From Eledone cirrhosa (Eukaryota), in NCBI GenBank assembly GCA_964016885.1, contig CAXHJY010001127.1, positions 50,775 to 114,774 of the forward strand: DNA of 64,000 bases, in the 5' to 3' direction. The notes beneath the pieces are model-generated. The model saw only the letters and a program-made list of their open reading frames with translations, searched no databases and had not been told where the DNA came from. Shown piece by piece: positions 1-14,018 of the stretch (its first letter is position 1; each line of letters begins with the position of its first letter). The position numbers and the translations under genes are program-made.

Positions 1-69
1 TACGTCCACCATGGTACCAACGATGTTTCATATATTCTAGACATTTTGAATAATATAACCAAAATAATA

Positions 70-345
70 GTTTCTGATTTAGGCACAAGGCCAACAATTT
101 TAGGGGATAGGACAGTTGATTAAATCGGCCCCAGTGTATTACTGGTACTTTATTTTATCGACCCCGTAAGTATGAAAGGTAAAGCTGACCACGGCGTGAT
201 TTGAAATCAGAATGGAAAGGGCCTGAGTTCAAATCCCGCCGAGTTTAGTTTTGCTTTGCTTTGCTTTCATCCTTACGGAGTCGATGAAATAAAGTACCAG
301 TAATGCCCTGGGGTCGATTTAATCGACTTTCCCCATAAAATTCAA
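70..345. mobile_element. Two partial copies of tRNA-headed SINE family A in opposite orientations
   Basis: actggtactttattttatcgaccccgtaag (minus copy) followed by ctgagttcaaatcccgccgag...tttcatccttacggagtcgatgaaataaagtaccag (plus copy); matches full copies elsewhere in the window. Confidence 0.75.
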
Positions 346-433
346 GATGATGTTGGTATCGCTAAGTTAGAGTTTTTGTTAACGATGTTAATAAAATTAA
401 TGTGGATTCTTCTGATGTTGGTGTCGGGGATGA

Positions 434-546
434 TTGATGATGATGATGATGGTTATGGTCATGTTGATGGTGATGGTGATGATGATGATGATGATGACGA
501 TGACGATGATGATGACGACGCTGATGATGGTGATGATGATGGTGCT

Positions 547-603
<57 letters not shown>

Positions 604-1600
604 GGTGGTGGTGGTGGTGGTGGTGGTGGTGGTGGTGGTGGTGGTGGTGGTGGTGATGATGATGGTGCTGATGACGATAAATAACGCTTGTGGTATCGAA
701 AATGAAGATGAGATGACGATGATAATAAAGACGGGGATGGAGGAAGATGACGATGATGATGTCGATGATGATGACGGTAGTGGTGGTGGTGGTGGTGGAG
801 GTGGTCTCGATGATGATGATGATGATGGTGATTACGATGGTGAGGGTGATGATGATGGTGGTGGCGGTGATGGTTCGTGGTGGTGTTGGTCATGATGATG
901 ATGGTGTTGGTGGTGGCGCTGGTGGTGTCAATAACGATGGATATGATAATGATGGTGATGGTAGTGGTGGCGATAAGGGTGGTGGTGGCGGTGGTGATGG
1001 TAGTGTGGCGATAAGGATGGTGGTGGTGGTGGTGATGGTAGTGGTGGCGATAAGGATGGTGGTGGTGGTGGTGGTGATGGTAGTGGTGGCGATAAGGATG
1101 GTGGTGGTGGTGGTGATGGTAGTGGTGGCGATAAGGATGGTGGTGGTGGTGGTAATGGTAGTGGTGGCGATAAGGATGGTGGTGGTGGTGGTGATGGTAG
1201 TGGTGGCGATAAGGATGGTGGTGGTGGTGGCGATAAGGATGGTGGTGGTGGTGGTAGTGGTGGCGATATGGATGATGGTGGTGGTGGCGATAAGGATGGT
1301 GGTGGTGGTGGTAGTGGTGGCGATATGGATGATGGTGGTGATGGTAGTGGTGGCGAAAAGGGTGATGGTAGTGGTGGTGATGGTAGTGCTGGCGATAAGG
1401 ATGGTGGTGGTGGTGGTGATGGTAGTGGTGGCGATAAGGGTGGTGGTGGTGATGGTAGTGGTAGCGATAAGGGTGGGTGGTGGTGGTGATGGTAGTGGTG
1501 GCGATAAGGATGGTGGTGGCTGTGATGATGGTGTCAATGATGATTTTGTCGATGGTATGGTGGTGGTGGTGGTGGTGGTATCTATGGTGATGGTGAAAAT
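434..1600. repeat. (GAT)n/(GGT)n trinucleotide tract with an internal ~30-bp GGCGATAAGGATGGT(GGT)n minisatellite
   Basis: Directly visible; overlapping poly-D/G/H/V ORFs are artefacts. Confidence 0.9.
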
Positions 1601-2779
1601 GGCAGACGATCCTTCGGAAGATTATGGTCAGAATAACTTGCGGTGGTGCTGGACATAATAATGGTGGGGGTGTGGATCGGGTAAAAAGCAGAAGGAGAAG
1701 ATGCATAAAAGGAGGAGGAGAAGGAGGGGGGTGAAAAGGAAAGAAGACACGAAAGAAAGAGGCAGAAAGCATGGAAGAAAGAAAGAGATAGAGAGCATAA
1801 AAGAGAGAAAGAAAGAAAAAGAAAAACACAAAAAGCATGAAATAAAGACGTAGAAAGAAAGAGGAAGAAAGCATAAAAGATAAAGTAAAAGAAGCAGAAA
1901 GAAAGCGACAGAAAGAAAGAGGTAGAAGGAAAGAAAGAGAAAGAGGCAGAAGGAAAGAAAGAGGAACAAAGCATAAAAGAGAGAAAGAAAGAACATAAAA
2001 GAGAAAAAGAAAAATAGAGCTAAGTGTGGCGATGTGATAAGATGAAAGACTTTATGTCTTATTCAATTTCTCCAAAATGGCGGCAGGCAAAATGGACGAC
2101 ATATTGTTAAGATTGCAGCAGAGTTAACAGTGTCTTTATCAAATCACTATCGTCATTGGATTGTAACATTACAGTGGTTTACGACTGGCGGCGATAAGTG
2201 GAACTATTGCAGTGGTGTGGGTGTTGGTGGTGGTGATGGTGGTGCTGGTGGTGGTGCTGGTGGTGGGAAGTTGAACTTCTGTGGTGGCGGAACTGGTGGT
2301 GGTGGTAGTGGTTGTGGTGGTGATGGTGGTCATGGTGCTGGTGGTTGTGGCGGCAGCGGTAAATTGAATTTGTGCAGTGGTGGTGTTAGTAGTGGTGGTG
2401 GTGGTGGTGGCGGTAAGTTGAACTTGTGCAGTGGTGTTGGTGTTGGTGATGGCGGTGGTAGAAAGTGGTGGTGGTGGGGTTGGTGGGGTTGGGAAGATGA
2501 AATCTACAGTAGTGGTGGTGCAGTTACTGGGGTTGTGGTGATGCTACTGCTGGTGGTGTAGTGGGGCTTCTGCTGGTGGTGGTGGTGATAGCGGCGGGAA
2601 GTTGAACTTCTGTTGTAGAGGCTACTGTGGCAGTAGTAGAAGTAATTGCACTTGTATTGTAGTAAGCGGACGGATGGAGATAGATAGATAGAATTCGACC
2701 CTAACATTTGACTGGTATTTAATTTATGAAGAGCAAGTTTGACCTTGATGGGATTTGATATCAGAGATCAAAAAGTAGA

Positions 2780-2993
2780 CATACGCATATATATATATAC
2801 ATATATATATAAATAATATATATATATATTTATGTATATATATTTATATACCCGCATGTAGCTATGAAAATAAATCTACGTGGAGAAACACTATCCTGTT
2901 TGAAGTAATTTATAAGGTTGTAGTCACACTCTGATTATTAATATATATACTTCTGATATATATATATACAATATCTAATATGTAACATATACA

Positions 2994-3061
<68 letters not shown>

Positions 3062-3095
3062 TATTTCCTATGATATATCGCTGTTTGGTTGTCAA

Positions 3096-3138
<43 letters not shown>

Positions 3139-3198
3139 ATATATATATTCATATTATATACATTCCCCATATAATATCGCTGTTTGTTTGTCTATATG

Positions 3199-3259
<61 letters not shown>

Positions 3260-3681
3260 TTATATATATATTTATTTATATATATATTTATTTATATATA
3301 TATTTATTTATATATATATATTTATTTATATATATATATTTATTTATATATATATCTATATATTTATATTCATATATATATATATATATATATATTTATT
3401 TATTTATTTATATATATATATTTATATAAATATATATATTTTTAAGGGTATGTCAATATTTATTTATAAAACTGATCTATATTATATTTTGTCTGATGAA
3501 GGCGCGCCTTGGTTTAACTTGGTGTCCTTGAAATATGTATAATGAAATAAATATGGTTTTATAAATATAGTTTCCATTTGTTAATATCGTATGTTTACTC
3601 CAAATAATTGTTGAGTTATAAAAATATTTGCTTGTTGTATCCCAACGATTTAAATAGAACATTTGCATATATATATTTATA

Positions 3682-3742
<61 letters not shown>

Positions 3743-3773
3743 TCATATATTTATATATATATATATTTATATT

Positions 3774-3822
<49 letters not shown>

Positions 3823-3869
3823 ATATTTATATATATATTTATATATATATATATATTTATATATTTATT

Positions 3870-3902
<33 letters not shown>

Positions 3903-3907
3903 ATATC

Positions 3908-3938
<31 letters not shown>

Positions 3939-3955
3939 ATATTTATTTATATATA

Positions 3956-3998
<43 letters not shown>

Positions 3999-4046
3999 TC
4001 ATATACATTCCCCATATACATTCCCCATATAATATCTATGTTTGTT

Positions 4047-4101
<55 letters not shown>

Positions 4102-4252
4102 GTGTATATGTATATATATATGTGTATATGTATATATATATGTGTATATGTATATATATATGTGTATATATATATGTGTATATATATATGTGTATATATA
4201 TATGTGTATGTGTATATATATATGTGTATGTGTATATATATATGTGTATATG

Positions 4253-4319
<67 letters not shown>

Positions 4320-4362
4320 GTATATATATATGTATATATATATGTATATATATATGTATATA

Positions 4363-4394
<32 letters not shown>

Positions 4395-4427
4395 ATGTAT
4401 ATATATATGTATATATATATGTATATA

Positions 4428-4507
<80 letters not shown>

Positions 4508-4625
4508 CATATGTATATATGTGTGTGTCATGTTTTTCGTCAGCTGGGAGGAAATTCAATAAAGTGTCAACTATAAGGGTCTCTCGCCTACTTCACCCCC
4601 ACCACACCATCGCCTGTCGCCTTGC

Positions 4626-4672
<47 letters not shown>

Positions 4673-5110
4673 TAGATAGCTATATATATATATGTATATG
4701 GGCTAGGAAGCAATAATAATGATGATGATGATGATAATTGTAGTAAAAATAATAATAATTATAATAAAAATGATATTAGAAATAAGCAAAAGATGGAGAC
4801 AGAATTGTGTTAATATATTTGTTTGTGTGTGTGTGTATGTACGTATATGTATGTATGTACGTATATGTATTATGTTTGTGGAAGTATGTATATTTGTATA
4901 TATATGTATATAAATATATATGTATGTTTGTGCAGGTATATATATTTGTCTATATATATGTATATAAATATATATGTATGTTTGTGGTAGGTATATATAT
5001 ATATATTTATATATATATATATATAAATATATATATGTATGAATATTTATATGTATATATATATGTATGGATAGTTATATGTATATATTTTTGTGTATAT
5101 ATACACAAAT
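2780..5110. repeat. Compound (TA)n/(TATG)n microsatellite field with short inserts
   Basis: Directly visible. Confidence 0.9.
3485..3549 (+). ncRNA. Type I hammerhead ribozyme motif, family H1
   Basis: TATTTTGT-CTGATGA-(agg...cctt stem II)-GAAA-T-ATGT-A-TA-ATGAAATA; stem I 8 bp with two G-U pairs; homologues at 42061, 58297, 59305. Confidence 0.65.
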
Positions 5111-5254
5111 ATACATACGTGCCCTTATACAAAGGGTTTTATTGTTTCTTATGATTGATCATTTGAAATACTGGCTGTGTTTTTAGGGGACAGAATTATA
5201 TAACATGGCAAATATGTTATTAAATCAACGATGTCCTATATAGGGGACGACAAC

Positions 5255-5940
5255 AATAACCACAATACTGATGAAACCCACCTCCACCACCACCACCTCC
5301 ACCACCACCACCACCACCACCATCACTTACACCACCACCACCACCACCACCATCATCGTATTTGGGAAGAACAACAACAATATTGAGGACCCCATCACCA
5401 CCACCACCACCACCACCTCCACCACCACCACCACCATCACTTCCACCACCACCACCACCACCATCATCGTATTAAAAGATAACAACCTCAATAACAATAC
5501 CATGAGCAATATTAAAGAAGACAACAACAACAATGACAACAACAGCAACAACACAAACAATATTCCCGGCACCACCACCACCACCATCACCATCAACAAC
5601 ATGAAATACCACGTGACCAATATTAAAGGCAACAACAACGACAATAGCAACATCGACCACAATACCACGTGACCAATATTAAAGACAACAACAACAATAC
5701 TAAGGTCATCAACACCAGCAGCAGTATTATCAACAACAACAACACCACCACCATCAATATACAAGGGACCAACCACAATAGCAACATCAACAACTACACC
5801 ACATGACCAACGTTAAAGACAACAACAACAATAGCAACAACACCAACAACAACATGAAAAATATTAAACCTCGACACCACCAACGGCAACAACAACAACA
5901 ACAACACCATCAGCAGCGTTAACGACGATAACAATAATAA
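5255..5940. repeat. (ACC)n/(AAC)n low-complexity tract
   Basis: Directly visible. Confidence 0.85.
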
Positions 5941-5944
5941 TAAA

Positions 5945-6828
5945 TGTTTCTACATTTGGCACAAGGCCAGCAATTATCCCAGTGCATTACTGGTACTTTA
6001 TTTTATAGACCCCCGTAAGGATGAAAGCCAAAGTTAACCTCGGCGGGATTTGAACTCATATCATAAAGGGAGGTAACTCTATGCTGCAAAGCATGGCATC
6101 CGACCCTCCACCGTTACTGCCAATTCACTACCCAAATAATAATTGTTTCTACTTTAGGCGAAAGGCCAGCAATTATCCCAGTGTATTACTGGTACTTTAT
6201 TGTATCGACCCCGTAAGGATGAAAGGCAAAGTTAACTTCAGCGGGATTTGAATTCAGACCATAAAGGGCCGTAACTGTTTGCTGCAAAGCATGGCGTCCG
6301 ACTCTGATTCCATTTATTTGCCACAAGGGCCGACATGTAGGGGACAATACAAAGACAGGGACAGTGGGGGGTTACAATAAGGTCGAGTAAAAGTGCACAC
6401 TGGCAAGACTAATTTAACAATGGAGATATAAAAATATAAAATAACAACAATTGTTTCTACTTTTGGCACAAGGCCAGCAAATTACTCAGTGTATTACTGG
6501 TACTTTATTTTATCGACCCTGTAAGGATGAAAGGCAAAGTTAACCTCAGCGGGATTTGAACTCAGAATGGCAAGGGACGTAACTCTATGTGTCAAAGCAT
6601 GGCGTCCGACCCTCTACCGATTGCCATTAGATTAAATAAAACGAATTAATTATACATACATACATATATATATATATATAAAAAAAAGAAAGGTGAACAG
6701 AATAAAGGAATGAAAGAACGAAGGAATGAGAGTTTGTCTTTTTCTTCGTTTCAAATACTTCTATTCGGTTAATCCAGAATTCTTGTTCGGTTTCAAGACA
6801 ATTTCTTGATACTGCCAATCCACCGCCC
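5945..6828 (-). mobile_element. Cluster of three SINE family A copies
   Basis: Reverse complement of the A-box-like TGGCAGTATCGG, B-box GAGTTCAAATCC, central gcctttcatccttacggggtcgataaa and 3' tgtgccaaaagtagaaaca(att)n. Confidence 0.8.
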
Positions 6829-7167
6829 TAAACAATAATAATAATAATCACTCGCATTAAAAACAAGAAAAAACAGCAATATTAACATCAGCAATATTAA
6901 ACACAACAACAACAACAACAACAACAGTAGCAGCAGCAGTAGAAATATCCTAACAACTACTACAGCAAAAACAACATCAACATTATTTAAGACAACAACA
7001 ACAATAACAACAATAACTATGTGTCACCAATAAAGCAAGGACAAATATGAGAGGTGGTAATGTTTACGAGATATCCCTTTTACTAAGTAAATTGCTACAT
7101 CTACAATTACCTTCTTTTATATATATTTATTTTAATATATATCGAGTTATTTTTCATGGCCATAAAT

Positions 7168-7272
<105 letters not shown>

Positions 7273-7420
7273 GAAGGAAGTGTGGTAAGGAACCAGATGG
7301 ACCATAACGCACCAGAGTACTCAATACTTATGGTAGTAGAGTGGGTAATAGGAAAAAGTTTGACTCCGTCTGCAGAGCTCAAGCCGTTTCGATAACTACA
7401 ATCTTCCCATACAAGGAATT

Positions 7421-7477
7421 ACCCCTTGAAAAGTCCAGAAATAGCTGTCGAAACGGCTTGAGCTCTGCTGTCGGGGT
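7421..7477 (+). ncRNA. Hammerhead motif with U3:A8 variant core, family H2
   Basis: ACCCC-TTGAAAA-gtcc...tgtc-GAAA-CGGC-ttgagctct-GCTG-TC-GGGGT; stems I and III pair, stem II is weak. Confidence 0.5.
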
Positions 7478-7689
7478 CAAACTTTTTCCTATATATATAT
7501 ATATAATACAAGGACGAATTATTGGTTGGTGACGCGCGTTTCACTACTCAAGGTTCGATCTGTATAGATCTAGCCCGACTCTGGAATGAAAAGCCCGTCG
7601 TACACCTTTTGTAGTGATGACAGAATATATATATATATATGGTTGTATAATACATGTGTCCCTATATGTTTTTTGCGTGTAGGGATATA

Positions 7690-8078
7690 TACTTTATTAT
7701 TATTAATCTCCCCCCCCCCCCCCGGTCGAGATAAAATTTGGTCGTTTTGACTGCTGCTATTTATAGTGGTAGTAGATTGACCTTCCTGCCTCTGCCTTCT
7801 ATCTTTGCACACGGCACTGGACAGAATTGCTTCCACATCATTCATTCTCATCTCGGGAACAATTTTGAATAGCGCCAGTTCGTAATTCGAACTCGGGAAT
7901 TTTATATTCTCCGAGTGAAAAAACCTTCTGACGAGAGTTTATCTTTTCAATGGAGGCCCGCAAGGACTATCCATTTATTTTTGAGACTCGAAACCGTTCG
8001 GTAAAGGTAACCATAGTAAGTACAGTGAATTTTTTGAAATTTACTTTAAAACTTTTTCTTATTTGCTAAACCTTGATT
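7690..8078. mobile_element. ~390-bp non-autonomous element carrying an HHR on + and a SINE-like segment on -
   Basis: Collinear diverged homologue at 14627-15000 in opposite orientation. Confidence 0.6.
7923..8008 (+). ncRNA. Type I hammerhead ribozyme, family H3, long loop 2
   Basis: ACCTT-CTGACGA-GAGTTT...AGACTC-GAAA-CC-GTTC-GG-TA-AAGGT; predicted cleavage after GUA at 8003. Confidence 0.8.
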
Positions 8079-8081
8079 ATA

Positions 8082-8128
<47 letters not shown>

Positions 8129-8631
8129 ACATTTTCAGGAACCTGACGGCTGAGTTCCGGCCACCGTTTCAAGTAGATCCGATAACTGGTTTTTACCGCC
8201 TCCAATCTGATCTCTCTCTCTGCCCCCGCCCCTCTGTATCTCTCTCTCCCACCCACACCATCTCTTTCTCTCTCTCTCTCTCTGTGCATTCATGTGTGTG
8301 TGTGTTGTATGTGTAAGTGGATAGTTTAAGGTCTTGTCAAGATTAGAATTTTGTTGAGGTTTGATATTATAAATCCTGGAAAGAAAAGATATATTTTGGT
8401 AACACCCAATGTAAATGTAAAATAAACATTTTCATCTTCGACTCCGTCTCCTTAACTAACTACCATCAGAACGAGAATCATGGCTTTTTTTTTTATATAT
8501 ACATTTATTCATTCTTTTAATTAATTTAAATAAGATTTTTTAAAAAATGTTTAATAGAAAAAAATCCAGAAAATTTTATTTATATAAAAACATCGACAAA
8601 AAAATAACTTCGAAATGAAATAATTGAGTTT

Positions 8632-10050
8632 CGGTGGATTGGCAGTCTCGGTAGAGGGTCGGACGCCGTGCTTTCCAGCATAGTTACGTCCCTTTACGGT
8701 CTGAGTTCAAATCCCGCCGAGGTTGACTTTGCCTTTCATCCTTACGGGGTCGATAAAATAAAGTACCAGTAATGCACTGGGTAATTGCTGGCCTTGTGCC
8801 TAAAGTAGAAACAATTATTTATAATAATGAAAATAATGGTTTCTTATATAGGCACAAAGCCAGCAACTTTTAGGCGGGGAGGGGAAAGTCGACTAAATCA
8901 ACCCCAGTGTGTGACTGGTACTTTATTATATCGACCCTGTAAGGATGAAAGGCAAAGTTAACCTCGGCGGGATTTGAACTCAGATCATGAAGGGCCCTAA
9001 CTCTATGCGGCAAAGCTCTACCGATACTGCCAATCCCCCGCCCTTATAATAATTGTTTCTACTTTAGGCACAAGGCCAGCAATTACCCAGTGCATTACTG
9101 GTACTTTTATTTTATCGACCCCGTAAGGATGAAAAGCAAAGTCAACCTCGGCGGGATTTGAACTCAGATCGTAAAGGGACGTAACTATGCTGGAAAGCAT
9201 GGCGTCCGACCCTCTACTGAGACTGCCAATCCACCGCCCTCTCCCGCCCTTATAATAATGATAATAATAATTGTTTCTACCTTTGGCACAAGGCCAGCAA
9301 TCATCCCAGTGCATTACTGGTACTTTATTTTATCGACCCCCGTAAGGATGGAAGGCAAAGTTAACCTCGGCGGGATTTGAACTCAGAATGGCAAGGGCTG
9401 TAACTCTATGCGTCAAAGCATGGCGTCCGACCCTCTACCGATACTGACAACCTCTCGCCCTTATAATAATGATAATAATGATGATGATTTAATTGTTGTT
9501 GTTGTTGCTGCTATTGAATTAAATGAGAAAAGAAAATGTATATTTGTATAGATGGATTGTATTCCATGGTAGTGTTTTATTGGTACAATATATCTTCAGA
9601 TAAAATGTTTAATGGTGTTGTTGTTGTTGTTGTCATCAACTTTTTTTCAAATTTCACTTGGAAAGGAAGGTGAGGGTGGAGAGAGGAGTGCTGCCCCTCA
9701 CCCAGCAGTACATTTGATGAGAGGTCGATGAATGTGGCGAGAATTGCAATATCGGTAGAGGGTCGTATGCTATGCTTTGCAACATAGAGTTACGGGCCTT
9801 GCCATTCCGAGTTCAAATCCAGCCGAGGTTAACTTTGCCTTTCATTCTTACAGGGTCGATAAAATAGAGTACCAGTAATGCACTGGATAATTGCTGGCCT
9901 TGTGCCAAAAAAGTAGAAACAATTATTATCGATTTGTTTCTGAGTTCAAATGTCACCGAGGTTAGCTTTGTCTTTCATCCTTTCGCGGGTGAAATCGATA
10001 AATTAAAGTACCAGTAACACACTTGTGTCCATTTAATCGATTCCCCTCCA
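8632..10050. mobile_element. Cluster of about six SINE family A copies (8632-8818 +, three - copies 8838-9460, 9735-9927 +, partial 9940-10050)
   Basis: Repeated ~190-bp consensus with (ATT)n tails. Confidence 0.85.
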
Positions 10051-10147
10051 CCATACAAAAATTATATATATATATATATATGCTTATATATATATATATA
10101 AGCATCTATATACACATATATTCATACATACATCTCTCTCTCTCATG

Positions 10148-10181
<34 letters not shown>

Positions 10182-10271
10182 TATACACATGCGTGTGTCT
10201 GCCAATCACTATCTTTCGTTTTTTTTCTTTATCATTGTCTCAGTAACTGTACTCATGAATATATATATATA

Positions 10272-10334
<63 letters not shown>

Positions 10335-10735
10335 TGTGTGTGTGTGTATATACACTATATAAAACTTGATTGTGATTTCCTCATTAAAATTCCAGCAAAT
10401 ATATTCCTGTGAAGTAACAATGTACTGTTGTTTGTGTCTAGACATTCTCAAACATTCTTACTTCGTGGGTGTTTATGTGCATATAATTTATATATATATA
10501 TACATATACATACATGTCTATATACACATACATATGTACTTATATAAAAAATTATTTAAGTACCCACTTTATCTTCACGAAAAGTCTCATACATAATACA
10601 TAGTTGCATACATACATATAGATATCTCTCTCTCTCTCTCTCTCTCTCTACATATATATATATATACATACATATACATACATATATATTCATGTGTGTA
10701 TATATATATATATATATATACATACATATATATTC

Positions 10736-10766
<31 letters not shown>

Positions 10767-11305
10767 CATACATATATATTCATGTGTGTATATATCTACG
10801 TTTATATATATATATATACAGTATATATATATAGATATATATGTAAACATATATATTCACGTCTATATATATATATATGTGTGTGTGTGAGTGTGTATAT
10901 ATAATATATATGTATATATATATATGTTTATATGTGTGTGTGTATATAATATATATGTATATATGTATGTTTATATGTGTGTGTATATAATATATATGTA
11001 TATATGTATGTTTATATGTGTGTGTATAATATATATGTATATATATGTATGTTTATATATGTATGTATGTATATATACATGTATATATATAACTCGTTAT
11101 ATATATAACTCGTTCAGCGCATCGGTAGGGGTTCTCCTACATGGATATAAAGTAGTGGCCGTACTCGAAAACGAGTTGGCAGCCACCATATATACATGTA
11201 CGTTTATATATATTTATATTTATATATATTTATATATATATATATTTATATATATGTATAACATATATGTATATAGGTATAGTTATATGTGTGTTTTTAT
11301 GTATT

Positions 11306-11366
<61 letters not shown>

Positions 11367-11417
11367 ATTATATATATATTATATATATATATATATTATA
11401 TATATATTATATATATA

Positions 11418-11455
<38 letters not shown>

Positions 11456-11516
11456 TATATATATATTATATATATATATATATGTATATATGTATAGTTA
11501 TATGTGTGTTTTTATG

Positions 11517-11563
<47 letters not shown>

Positions 11564-12666
11564 ATACACACACTCGCATATGCACATGACGTCTGTGCTG
11601 GTATGTGTGTCTCCATTACAAGGCCATGAAACAAAACCAGTTAGCGACGTCGTTAATGGACAATAAAATTTATATAGTATCGCCAATAACGAAGTTCGAC
11701 TATTTATGATGAACCTGATATCAATGGCTGAAATACCGCAGCGTTTAACACTAGATAATTTACAATAGTTAAGTAGTAATCTGCACTACGTCACACTCTA
11801 TCAAATAGAGTATTAATGAGAAAATATTAGTAGAACGCACAACCACCTTATATATGTATAAACTTTATTTCTATATAGGCTTCGCAATAAACCGAGAATA
11901 TTTAAACATGGAAGTCATATATTGGCACAACATAGTGTAACAATTAATACAGAGATTACTGTGAAGTTATAATAGTAATCGTTTGACTTAATACGACATT
12001 TTGTTAAACAACACTTCCATCAGCATCAACATCGTCAGTACCAGCGTCTTGTTTTTGCTTAATACATCCTTTTTCAAATTCCGCTAATGCTAGAAGATTT
12101 AAAGTCAGTTATCAAGTATAAGCATACTTTTTGCACCAATTTCATTTTTTATTTTTTATTTTATTTTTTATTTTTATTTTATTTTAATTTTATTTTAATT
12201 TTAATTTTTATTTTAATTTTTATTTTAATTTTTATTTTTATTTTTATTTTTATTTTTATTTTTATTTTTATTTTTATTTTTATTTTTATTTTTTTATTTT
12301 TATGGTTCTCCAGTTAATGTGTCGAAATCCCTTTGACCATTTCAGTTGGCAGCTACTGAGTGCAGTTCAGATGATTTGCGTCTTGAATTTGTTTTATTTT
12401 ATTCTCTTAAGATTACGTTTCTTGATCTCTTGTGAAGCTTATATATATATATATATATATATAAAATCTTTTCCTGAGTCCTCTATTTTCGTTGCTCTGG
12501 TGATGCGACTGGACTGCCGATCGCTATATTTGATTTGCTAAGCTGTCTAAATGTATTGTTATTACTCTGGGGTATTTTTCCCCCATCCGAGTGCTAAAGC
12601 TACATACCGAATTTGCATTCGTTAGCTTGACCGCGAACTAAAGTTTCGTTAATGCTGTACTAAGAT

Positions 12667-12714
<48 letters not shown>

Positions 12715-12724
12715 TTAATATAGA

Positions 12725-12779
12725 TGAGATTCTACAGGACTAGAACTGTTTCATTCATTAGAAATCATCAGGAATCTCA
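12725..12779 (-). ncRNA. Type I hammerhead ribozyme, family H4
   Basis: Minus strand TGAGATTC-CTGATGA-tTTCtaatGAAt-GAAA-CAG-ttctagtc-CTG-TA-GAATCTCA; 8-bp stem I, 4-bp stem III. Confidence 0.75.
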
Positions 12780-12832
12780 ATGTATTGAGTACCTTACTTA
12801 CTGTGGTTACCTCCGACTCAACCCGGAATAAC

Positions 12833-12873
<41 letters not shown>

Positions 12874-13087
12874 CATACACTCACAACAGTGACATGTACA
12901 GGTACTTATGTTTCGTTAGGTTCTGGACCCTAACTCATTCAGCCTGTCATAAGAAACACCTTAAGTACCTGTTTATGTGACTGTTGTGATTATTCATAGT
13001 AAACTCGTCCTATGGACTGAGTGCTCTTACCCTTGGATATTTCTACCAAATCTTTACTACAGCATATATATATTTTTTTTTTTTGGA

Positions 13088-13299
13088 ACGATCGACTTTC
13101 GTCAAATCGGACCGAGGGAACAATGTTTCCGTTGGTCTTTCCAATTGCTAATACTATCTATCGGTCGCAACTCCAGGTAGAAGGAGCAACGTGAAATAAA
13201 GTGTCTTGCTCAAGGACATAACGCATCGCCTGGTCCAGGAATCGAACTCGCAACCTTACGATTGCGAATCCAATTCTCTAACCACTCAGCCACACGCCT
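13088..13299 (-). mobile_element. CORE-type tRNA SINE (family B)
   Basis: Minus strand GGCGTGTGGCTGAGTGGTTAGA...GAGTTCGATTCC...tgtccttgagcaagacacttt (CORE-like); close homologue at 43098-43307. Confidence 0.75.
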
Positions 13300-13306
13300 T
13301 CGCTAG

Positions 13307-13355
<49 letters not shown>

Positions 13356-13537
13356 AGAGAGAGAGTAGCTAAATGTCCTTCATACTACATAGCTTACATC
13401 ATCTTATTAAAACGAAGCGTGGGATGTGATAAACGTAGTTATATTTGAATTGATCAATCGATCTTGTAGAAGTAGTAATCATATGTCCTTTACATCATAC
13501 CCTGAACGTCATCAACATCATTGTCACTATTATCATA

Positions 13538-13825
13538 GATTGGCAGTATCGGTAGAGGGTCAGACACAATGCTTTTCAACAAAGAGTTATGACCCTTTAT
13601 GGACTGAGTTCAAATCTCGCCGAGGTTAACTTTGCCTTTCATCCTTACGGGGTCGATAAAATAAAGTACCAGTAATGTACTGCGATAATTTCTGGCCTTG
13701 TGCCAAAAGTAGAAAGAATTATTTTACGGGGTCGATAAAATAAAGTACCAGTAATGTACTGGGTTCGTTTTAATCGAATTTCCCCTGGCCCAAACATTGT
13801 TGGCCTTGTGTCTAAATTAGAAACT
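13538..13825 (+). mobile_element. SINE family A copy plus duplicated 3' half
   Basis: ttggcagtatcggtagagggtc...gagttcaaatc...gtcgataaaataaagtaccag. Confidence 0.8.
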
Positions 13826-13973
13826 GTTATTATTGTTGTTGTTGTTGTTATAATTATTAGTGATGGTGGTGGTGGTGTTGTTGGTAGTGGTGGTGGTTGT
13901 CATGGTGTTGGAGAAATTAATAAGTAAATTGTATAGTTTTTATTTAACACGTATTGCTGATGTTGAACTGCGG

Positions 13974-14018
<45 letters not shown>

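Noticed and set aside
376-1996. Long His/Asp/Gly/Val-rich ORFs
   Set aside because: Open in several frames on both strands because trinucleotide repeats lack stops; no domain or splice evidence.
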